Shown: positions 44,801-51,240 of the stretch, piece after piece | How the letters are laid out: each line of letters opens with the position of its first letter | Position numbering within the stretch: position 1 is the first letter of the stretch | Virus record (IMG/VR): IMGVR_UViG_3300037297_000097 | Span: 1 to 51,955 of that record | Strand: one strand, 5' to 3' | Length of the DNA: 51,955 bases | Source: a virus | Notes under the pieces: model-generated | What the model was told of the DNA's origin: nothing | The model's database searches: none | Seen by the model: the letters and a program-made list of their open reading frames with translations, nothing else | Position numbers and translations under genes: made by a program

Positions 44801-45120
44801 CTACATCTCGCAGTAGTGCAAATCGCCAGCATCGCGCCCGCTGATTGTGCCCTCGGTTACGGTTACATCGGGTTTGAATTCATCGTCCAAATCATCAACC
44901 CAGTCATCCCACTCGCCGTCCTGAGTGAAAATCAGGGGTGTTTCCCAGATACCCGTTACTGTCCAGCATGGGCGAATTTCATCGGTTTCAAACCACGCCA
45001 AATCATCTTCATAGCGGGCGATAGACATGGGATAATATTTGGGCACATTCGCTCCATACTTGGACTGAACGCGCCGCATTTGTTCGAGTTCCGCTTCCCA
45101 TTGTTCGCGTACTGTTGCCA
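44801..45120 (-). CDS. Hypothetical protein, paralog of 10299..10622
   Basis: Start moved to ATG 45120 behind SD GGAGGAAAA; conserved RPCWTV and VTVTEGTISGRDAGDL motifs. Confidence 0.6.
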
Positions 45121-45149
45121 TTTTTCCTCCTGCGATCATAGAACCTCGC

Positions 45150-46151
45150 TTATCCTCTACCCAACTCATCAAGCGTATCCTGCAACAGCGTGGCCGAGTC
45201 CGCCCATTCGATGTCTTCGTTGGTGTCGATCTCTTTCGCGGGCGTTGGCTTGCCGTTCGGCTTGCCTGCGTGTATCCAGGACATGACACTGCTCTGGACT
45301 TTGGGTATACTTGTCATCATACTCAATTCGGCATTATTGCCCTGATCGCGCCACCATTTCGCCCACCGTCGTATATCCTCAACATCGTCAAGGGGCGGCT
45401 CAACATTCCAACCCTTCTCTGACTTGACCGTCAATTTACCTTGAAGTACCTTACACATCTTGCCGTTCAAAGAACCCGCCAACCCAAACACCTCGAAAAT
45501 CGTATCATACCAGGGATTACGTGGCCGTTCTTTTTTTGGTGGCGCATCTGGTAAATCAGGAACAAAGTTCTGCCTTTTAAGCCGAACTCCTTTTTGTGCG
45601 ACAACTTCCATTTCCGTCGCATCGGGCAACCCATCCACAGGCGTTACCGCAATGTCATCCTCTGTCACATCGTAAGAGGTTGCCGCCACGTCACCGCTTG
45701 CCGCCACGTCACCGCTTGCCGGTGGCGTAATAGACTGACGGTTAACTGACGGTTCTAAGGACGTTTCGTCGGACATCTGGGTGTCAGGGGTAGGTAGGAC
45801 ACCCAGATGTCCGACCTGGGGTGACACCTGGGTGTCAGGGGTGACACGGGTGTCAGGGGTAGTGTTTGGCTTGTATTCGGGCTTCAAAATCGCGTTCTCA
45901 AATGCAGTCTTGTACTTCGTTGTCTTTCCCGCCCGGCGTTCTTGCACGACAAGCAATTTTTTCTCAACAAGCTTACGAATTAGTCGCCTAACCTGCCGTT
46001 CAGAGTAGTTGGTTTTCCATGCGATAAGTCCCATACTCGGATACATATTCTCGCCCTGATGGTCGGCGTGGTCAGTCATCGCTAGCAATACAACCAATTC
46101 ATTGGTTGGTAGATCAAAATCCCATACCTGTCCCGATATTTTTCCGCTCAT
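45150..46151 (-). CDS. Replication initiator-like protein (N-terminal winged HTH)
   Basis: N-terminus NELVVLLAMTDHADH...YSERQVRRLIRKLVEKKLL is wHTH-like; iterons lie inside the gene; the primase-helicase gene is 1 kb downstream. Confidence 0.6.
   Translation of the reverse strand: MSGKISGQVWDFDLPTNELVVLLAMTDHADHQGENMYPSMGLIAWKTNYSERQVRRLIRKLVEKKLLVVQERRAGKTTKYKTAFENAILKPEYKPNTTPDTRVTPDTQVSPQVGHLGVLPTPDTQMSDETSLEPSVNRQSITPPASGDVAASGDVAATSYDVTEDDIAVTPVDGLPDATEMEVVAQKGVRLKRQNFVPDLPDAPPKKERPRNPWYDTIFEVFGLAGSLNGKMCKVLQGKLTVKSEKGWNVEPPLDDVEDIRRWAKWWRDQGNNAELSMMTSIPKVQSSVMSWIHAGKPNGKPTPAKEIDTNEDIEWADSATLLQDTLDELGRG
45681..45859. repeat. Origin-like repeat cluster inside the initiator gene
   Basis: 18-bp unit x2 at 45681-45716; 18-bp perfect inverted repeat 45768-45785 / 45798-45815; TGGGTGTCAGGGG at 45778 and 45829, a 12-nt form at 45848; GGGGTGACAC at 45818 and 45838. 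Confidence 0.7.
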
Positions 46152-46163
46152 GTTACTACCTCA

Positions 46164-46436
46164 CTAGTCCCAGTCTTGCCGTCTGAAAAAACCGTACTGA
46201 TTCACGGTTGGATAGTCTGGATCATAATAGATACATTCGTTGAAATACAAGTAGGCTTTGGGGTCGTCGCCCTCATTGATGATACCCAACCCAATAACGC
46301 GCTTGACTTCTACCGGGGCAATCAGTTTGCCGTTGTGTATCCAGTCATAGGCGCGTAGAAGTTTCTCATCGAGGATTTCGAGAATGCGCGGTTGGGGGCG
46401 ACGTTTGTAGGTATAGGGCTTTTTCTTTTTACTCAT
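46164..46436 (-). CDS. Hypothetical protein
   Basis: SD GAGGTGA within the junction repeat; 90-aa ORF. Confidence 0.5.
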   Translation of the reverse strand: MSKKKKPYTYKRRPQPRILEILDEKLLRAYDWIHNGKLIAPVEVKRVIGLGIINEGDDPKAYLYFNECIYYDPDYPTVNQYGFFRRQDWD

Positions 46437-46445
46437 GCTGTCACC

Positions 46446-46655
46446 TCAGAATGGAATGTCATCATAATAGTCGGGGATATAGGTTTCCCAGGGAATGTCA
46501 TTGTCATTGGCGTAGGGCGTGTTGTATTCAGTCCATTCCTCGCAAACCCATTCCTCGCCATTGTGCCAGGAGGTGCGAAAATGCACAACGTCATCGTCGC
46601 CCCATTGTTCGCATAACATCCCGTCGCCAATGTCCCAGTCGTAATTATCGCTCAT
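46446..46655 (-). CDS. Small very acidic, Trp/Tyr-rich protein
   Basis: 69 aa rich in D/E and W/Y; ATGA overlap with the upstream stop. Confidence 0.5.
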   Translation of the reverse strand: MSDNYDWDIGDGMLCEQWGDDDVVHFRTSWHNGEEWVCEEWTEYNTPYANDNDIPWETYIPDYYDDIPF

Positions 46656-46903
46656 GATTGATCCTCAGGAACCAATGTATCACTGTGCCAGGGCCTCACT
46701 TCGATATGCTCAGCAAAATCGGCATCGGCCCTGATAATGAGTTTACCATTAATGTAAATCAATTCTACAGGATAGCCATAGGTTGAATCTTCTGGGCAAA
46801 CCCTGATACTCATATACTGATTGCGAAATACATCAACATCAGTTAGATTCGTCTGACTTCTAACCATTGCTGGATAGAGACCTTCTCCCATTGATTTGCT
46901 CAT
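46652..46903 (-). CDS. Hypothetical protein
   Basis: SD GAGGTGA within the junction repeat; 83-aa ORF. Confidence 0.5.
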   Translation of the reverse strand: MSKSMGEGLYPAMVRSQTNLTDVDVFRNQYMSIRVCPEDSTYGYPVELIYINGKLIIRADADFAEHIEVRPWHSDTLVPEDQS

Positions 46904-46931
46904 GCTATCACCTCAGAAACTAAAAACCGAT

Positions 46932-47068
46932 TGGACACAGCGGGACTCGAACCCGCTCCCCCGACACTCTGGTCGGGCATAGGCTGGCGTGATACGGCGT
47001 CCCGCGTCCGTTTCAGCCTATCGTCTGGCGTACTTACCAGACCGATGCTGCCATTACACCATGCGCCC
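46932..47068 (-). ncRNA. 137-nt tRNA-like element with no canonical anticodon arm
   Basis: Minus strand: acceptor GGGCGCA/UGUGUCC (two G-U pairs), U8, D-arm with A14/GG/A21, T-arm GCGGG-UUCGAGU-CCCGC, discriminator A; an 86-nt core of three hairpins replaces the anticodon arm. Confidence 0.5.
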
Positions 47069-47077
47069 GTAATGGAA

Positions 47078-47320
47078 TTAGCGATACTCGTAAATCCGCA
47101 CTACCTGAATATCGGGTGGGTCTTGTGGGTAATATTTTCCCTCCACCCTAATCTCTGAAAGAGATAGGCGTATTGGGTCTGCGCCCTTTCGCATCTGAAC
47201 GCGGAAACACCCAGGTTCGATGGTTTTATATACCCCACGAACACCGGGTATCCATTCCTTGAGCAATTTCTTCACGTTGCCCACATCGGTTTCGTTTGAA
47301 TTTAGCCAGCATTTCACCAT
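47078..47320 (-). CDS. Hypothetical protein
   Basis: Start moved to ATG 47320 behind SD AGGAGGAAAA. Confidence 0.5.
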   Translation of the reverse strand: MVKCWLNSNETDVGNVKKLLKEWIPGVRGVYKTIEPGCFRVQMRKGADPIRLSLSEIRVEGKYYPQDPPDIQVVRIYEYR

Positions 47321-47480
47321 TACTTTTCCTCCTGGGATACAAAAACCCACTTGTCTCAAGATACTTTCCGGCTTCCTGGCAGTCCCGACGTGGGTAGGAA
47401 AAGACAGAAAGCACCCTGAGAAAAATGGGTTTTTCCACGTCGTCTAGAGGGCTGCCAGTCCCGTTTATCACTCGCCTACC

Positions 47481-47508
47481 AGTATACCGCAAACCGGCGC
47501 GGTGTCAA
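47481..47508 (-). promoter_or_regulatory. Sigma70-type promoter
   Basis: Minus strand: TTGACA 47508-47503, 16-nt spacer, TATACT 47486-47481. Confidence 0.6.
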
Positions 47509-47516
47509 GGGGTTAG

Positions 47517-47744
47517 TTATTCCCATCGCGCCAGCACAAACACGGTATCCCCCTCGATCTCAGAGTCAAATACCAGTTGATGGTTATCGAGAAAATCCTT
47601 GTATCGTCCCATGATGCGGTGCATGACATCGGCGGGGCATACCTTAGCCGATACGGTATCGTCGCCATTGTCTATAACCAAGATGACATCGCTTTTGCCG
47701 TCCCAGTCTGCTAGTGTTGAAATGATGTTTAGCGGAGCGCTCAT
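47517..47744 (-). CDS. Hypothetical protein
   Basis: SD GAGGTA; 75-aa ORF. Confidence 0.5.
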   Translation of the reverse strand: MSAPLNIISTLADWDGKSDVILVIDNGDDTVSAKVCPADVMHRIMGRYKDFLDNHQLVFDSEIEGDTVFVLARWE

Positions 47745-47753
47745 CAGTCTACC

Positions 47754-47972
47754 TCACTTCTGATCTCGCTTAATCCATCCATCAATCAAACCGCTCAAAA
47801 GCCATCTATACTTTGGCGGCAATTCATCAGTCTCATGATATGGAATCCTGTCTGTTTCGTTATATGATTGAATTAGTTTGGATACGGTGTTTTGTTGCTC
47901 CTCTAGAGTTGCCCGATATAATCCGTGTTCAAAGCCATCGAGATACCAGTCGGTCAATGATTTGTCAGTCAT
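47754..47972 (-). CDS. Hypothetical protein
   Basis: Start moved to ATG 47972 (TGATG overlap with the upstream stop; MTD start). Confidence 0.5.
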   Translation of the reverse strand: MTDKSLTDWYLDGFEHGLYRATLEEQQNTVSKLIQSYNETDRIPYHETDELPPKYRWLLSGLIDGWIKRDQK

Positions 47973-48199
47973 CAGTCTATTTTCTCCCATGTGCCATTAC
48001 TATCCCATATCGCGCCGATCTGTTCGTTGGTTAGTCCACATGTCGTCAGGTGTCGTACAATGCGTGTCTGTAAACCATCTGGAAAATACGTCACACGTGG
48101 GGCAAGGCGGGCAGCCATGCGGGTAAACAGAGGGTACTGCGTAAGTAGCCAGAGTCGCAGGCACAACAGCCACAGCGCATTAGCAAACGATTCATGCAT
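47972..48199 (-). CDS. Hypothetical protein
   Basis: Start taken as ATG 48199 (TAATG coupling to the upstream small ORF); the track ORF starts at 48211. Confidence 0.45.
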   Translation of the reverse strand: MHESFANALWLLCLRLWLLTQYPLFTRMAARLAPRVTYFPDGLQTRIVRHLTTCGLTNEQIGAIWDSNGTWEKID

Positions 48200-48339
48200 T
48201 AGTACTGCCATCGTTCAATAGAAAAAGGGTGTCGCCATGTCCAGCGGCGAAAATATCCAGTTTTATACCAGGAAATATGGAAGCCGTAACAACCGCCAAA
48301 ACATATGTTAAATTCCCATTTGTCACATTCTTCATTCAT
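48199..48339 (-). CDS. 46-aa Cys/aromatic-rich small protein (below the track cutoff)
   Basis: Hand-translated as MNEECDKWEFNICFGGCYGFHISWYKTGYFRRWTWRHPFSIERWQY; SD GGAGAG 6 nt before the ATG. Confidence 0.35.
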   Translation of the reverse strand: MNEECDKWEFNICFGGCYGFHISWYKTGYFRRWTWRHPFSIERWQY

Positions 48340-48358
48340 GATTTATCTCTCCTCATCC

Positions 48359-48658
48359 TCACTTCTGGTTCGCTGGATTGCGGTATTCTGTGCGCTTCGA
48401 TGACGTTTTGTAGCGGCGCTTCGGCTTGTGTTTTGGCGGCCCAATCAGTTTCAGAGGTGCGGGGGCCTGCGACTTGGCTCTGCCATCGAAATGTTGACGT
48501 GCGGCTTCAATGGCTAAATTCTCAGTGCGCTTGACCGTCGTGTATTCAATCGTGCTGGTCTCTTTTGCGCCACTGCGAACGATGAGGCGAACGCCGAGCG
48601 CGTGGGGTTCTGTCCAGGCATAAAAGCGATCCAGTCGAAATGGGTAGAGCCGTTCCAT
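48359..48658 (-). CDS. Hypothetical protein with a basic C-terminal tail
   Basis: SD GAGAGGGAA; 99-aa ORF. Confidence 0.45.
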   Translation of the reverse strand: MERLYPFRLDRFYAWTEPHALGVRLIVRSGAKETSTIEYTTVKRTENLAIEAARQHFDGRAKSQAPAPLKLIGPPKHKPKRRYKTSSKRTEYRNPANQK

Positions 48659-48661
48659 GAT

Positions 48662-49018
48662 CTATTCCCTCTCATCAAATAGACGCTGCAAATCAGTGAA
48701 GACCTGAACGCCGCTATCATCCAACAGCATATTGCTAGTGTACCGTAGCACACGCCAACCGTTGACAACGGCCAGATTGTATTTCTCACAATCCCGTGCG
48801 TAACCCGCGCCGCGTGTGTGCCGTCCGTTACGCCATGTACCACCCTCGATCTCAACGGCAACACGGTGTTCAGGCCATGCGAAGTCAAAGCGGAATCGGC
48901 GTGGTTTGGCAAATCGGTATTGTGTTTCTGGTTTTGGGATATTGACACCGTTCCATCGCATGAGCGTTAAAAACGCCTGCTCAAGTTGGCTCATCGGCGC
49001 TGGCCTCCAATGCTTCAC
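48662..49018 (-). CDS. Vsr/DUF559-like endonuclease-fold protein
   Basis: FRFDFAWPEHRVAVEIEGG...WRVLRYTSN matches the DUF559 / very-short-patch-repair core. Confidence 0.65.
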   Translation of the reverse strand: MKHWRPAPMSQLEQAFLTLMRWNGVNIPKPETQYRFAKPRRFRFDFAWPEHRVAVEIEGGTWRNGRHTRGAGYARDCEKYNLAVVNGWRVLRYTSNMLLDDSGVQVFTDLQRLFDERE

Positions 49019-49421
49019 GGGCGATTGTTAAGGCAAGGTCTTGCCATGTCGCAAACGCATCACGTTCATGCTTTATATCACCAGACAGTGGGAAATAGTA
49101 AATTTCCAGATTGGCAATTGCTTCAAGCGCTGCCCGCAGCCGTACCAAATATCTCTCAATCCAATCTGCCACATCGCCAGACGTGTCGGGAACATTGTTC
49201 TCCTTGACCATGCCAAGTAAGCGGGCGCAAAGGACACGATATTCCTTTTCCAGGAAGGCATTGTCTTTTAGCAACCGCGCGTTGTCGGCTTTGAGGGCTT
49301 CGTGTTCCTGCGCCCATTCGTTGCGCCACTGTAGCAAATTGCCCAGCGTAAAATCGTCGGAACCGTCAACATCGGGAAATTCGAACGGGGCGTTATCCAT
49401 TGCGGCTGTATCATTCATCAT
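48981..49421 (-). CDS. Hypothetical protein
   Basis: 146-aa ORF, coiled-coil in the middle. Confidence 0.5.
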   Translation of the reverse strand: MMNDTAAMDNAPFEFPDVDGSDDFTLGNLLQWRNEWAQEHEALKADNARLLKDNAFLEKEYRVLCARLLGMVKENNVPDTSGDVADWIERYLVRLRAALEAIANLEIYYFPLSGDIKHERDAFATWQDLALTIAREALEASADEPT

Positions 49422-49641
49422 GATCCTCCAATGCCATCTTTAGGTAGTTTGCCACCTCATGGCGCGGCTTAATGGTTTTCAAATCTTCAACCGCTTGCTG
49501 AATCGCCGCCCGCAGTTGCGTGTTCTCTGCTGTGATAGCCTCGATATGCAATAGCAATGTATGCACATCGCCACGTGAACTGACTGCATATTTCCCCAAT
49601 TCCTCAGCCGTTAACCGGCCGCCCCTTTTTACGGTCATCAT
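49411..49641 (-). CDS. Hypothetical protein
   Basis: 76-aa ORF; SD GGAGGTGA. Confidence 0.5.
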   Translation of the reverse strand: MMTVKRGGRLTAEELGKYAVSSRGDVHTLLLHIEAITAENTQLRAAIQQAVEDLKTIKPRHEVANYLKMALEDHDE

Positions 49642-49695
49642 TCACCTCCGTTTTGAATAGCGCTTGTCGGTTCAAATACCATGTGAAGCACCGCT

Positions 49696-50358
49696 TCACC
49701 CATCATGATCCTCCAGGTCAATCCAGATAGTGCCACGTAATGGTGAACTGGTCATCAGCCGTTCACAATCTGCGCAGGTGATTTCGAGCGTAACCGTAGC
49801 ATGTCCGTTCTCACTATAGCCCATTGGCATCACTGGGACACCCGCCACAATGTAATCCCGTTTCGCCAGCACCGCCTCACGCGCCTCGGCTTGCACCCGC
49901 TCGGCCACTGCCTCGACAACCGGCTGCTGTGTGCCATCGGCCAGTTCCACCGCGCCCGTTGCGATAGTCTGGGAGAAGCATTCTAGCGCCGATTTGATCT
50001 TGGGCGCGGTCAGTACGTTCGTGCCGTGCAGCGTGGCGGCGTTGTAGACTTGCTGTGTCAATTCGTCGGGCACATCACGGAACGCAATCAGCGCGGCGTT
50101 AGACTGTAACACATGTGATACATTTTTCAGCGCCTTGAGTTTGTCAAGCCCTTCTGCTGCCCACAGCTGGCGGTACAGCCATTGCCGTTTCTTGCCGAAA
50201 TATTTGAGGCAAAACGCCTCCCAGGATAGGCCAAAGAGTTTGTTGGCGTTCATGTCGTAGAGGCGCTTGAGGGCGTGTTGCGCGGCGTCGAGATGATCGT
50301 TTACGGAGACAATGAGTTCAGCAGCGATGCTCATAGGGGTTCGGTCAATTTGGGGCAT
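49696..50358 (-). CDS. Putative DNA-binding protein
   Basis: SWEAFCLKYFGKKRQWLYRQL resembles ParB/KorB-type HTH proteins; second gene of the leftward arm. Confidence 0.4.
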   Translation of the reverse strand: MPQIDRTPMSIAAELIVSVNDHLDAAQHALKRLYDMNANKLFGLSWEAFCLKYFGKKRQWLYRQLWAAEGLDKLKALKNVSHVLQSNAALIAFRDVPDELTQQVYNAATLHGTNVLTAPKIKSALECFSQTIATGAVELADGTQQPVVEAVAERVQAEAREAVLAKRDYIVAGVPVMPMGYSENGHATVTLEITCADCERLMTSSPLRGTIWIDLEDHDG

Positions 50359-50360
50359 GA

Positions 50361-50609
50361 TTAAGCATCCTCAGGTTCAATTACTCTGAGCGAATTTGGT
50401 ACTGTGTACCCATTGATGACAATTGCTGATAATTTGCCCTCGGCAAGCATACGCTTGATATGATACCGTGCCCCGTTATCTGACATATGCAGTGTCTTGG
50501 CAATGTCTTTTACTGACGGGGACTCGTCATATCGGGCGCGGTGACGTTGGATTTTGTCAATGATTTTTTGCTCTTTGATTAGTGTTTGCGGCCAGCGCGA
50601 TTTTGACAT
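50361..50609 (-). CDS. Winged-helix transcriptional regulator (LexA-N/MarR-like), candidate repressor
   Basis: SPSVKDIAKTLHMSDNGARYHIKRMLAEGKL; first gene of the leftward arm, next to the promoter cluster. Confidence 0.6.
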   Translation of the reverse strand: MSKSRWPQTLIKEQKIIDKIQRHRARYDESPSVKDIAKTLHMSDNGARYHIKRMLAEGKLSAIVINGYTVPNSLRVIEPEDA

Positions 50610-50619
50610 AATTTAACCC

Positions 50620-50649
50620 TTGACAGTTACTAAACTTTTGGTCTATACT
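50620..50649 (+). promoter_or_regulatory. Rightward early promoter
   Basis: TTGACA 50620-50625, 18-nt spacer, TATACT 50644-50649. Confidence 0.6.
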
Positions 50650-50650
50650 G

Positions 50651-50679
50651 AGTTTAATCGTTTTGGCGTTTTTTGTCAA
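50651..50679 (-). promoter_or_regulatory. Leftward early promoter, overlapping face-to-face with the rightward one
   Basis: Minus strand: TTGACA 50679-50674, 17-nt spacer, TAAACT 50656-50651. Confidence 0.55.
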
Positions 50680-50792
50680 TACCTACCTACCCTATCGTGA
50701 TATATCCCAAAAAACTACCAGAATTGAAGTGTTTAGAGGGTAGAAATGAATGGTGGGGCAGGGGGCGCAACAGCCCCCGGAGAGGATGTGCG

Positions 50793-51023
50793 ATGGAAAA
50801 ACCCATGAAAGAATTACTGGAACAGTGGAGCGCGGCAATGCACTCTGATGACGTCAACCTACGTAATGAAGCGTTGCTGTTTTTCTATTATATGACACGC
50901 GGTGGATTGCATATGCTGAACAGTAGCGCCAAAGCCCCTCTACAATCCGAAACATCAACCCAAGCACGGGAATACCTCTCAACGTTACATGCTTGGTTGA
51001 GTGAAGAACTGGGCAAGGACTAA
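50793..51023 (+). CDS. Hypothetical protein
   Basis: Start moved from 50673 to ATG 50793 behind SD GGAGAGGA. Confidence 0.55.
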   Translation: MEKPMKELLEQWSAAMHSDDVNLRNEALLFFYYMTRGGLHMLNSSAKAPLQSETSTQAREYLSTLHAWLSEELGKD

Positions 51024-51027
51024 CCCA

Positions 51028-51240
51028 ATGCCCCACACACCACCTGACGAACTCGCCGCCTATATTCGCAGTCTGCCAACGCACGAGCGGCACGCGCTGG
51101 TGCGACTGTTGAGCAAGACGTTTGTGTCGCCAACGACAGGCGACAACGTGTATCCATATGCCAACGATAGATATGGTCATGATGTGAAATATTTTCAAGC
51201 GCTCGTGTGCCATATGAAGGAGGATCACCCCAATGACTGA
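51028..51240 (+). CDS. Hypothetical protein, paralog of 253..474
   Basis: Start moved from 51001 to ATG 51028 behind SD AAGGA; motif [18 protein letters not shown]. Confidence 0.6.
   Translation: MPHTPPDELAAYIRSLPTHERHALVRLLSKTFVSPTTGDNVYPYANDRYGHDVKYFQALVCHMKEDHPND

Noticed and set aside
46932-47068. The tRNA-like sequence as an attP core for integration into a host tRNA gene
   Set aside because: I found no integrase or recombinase anywhere in the genome. The element also contains both the 5' and the 3' tRNA ends rather than only a 3' fragment.
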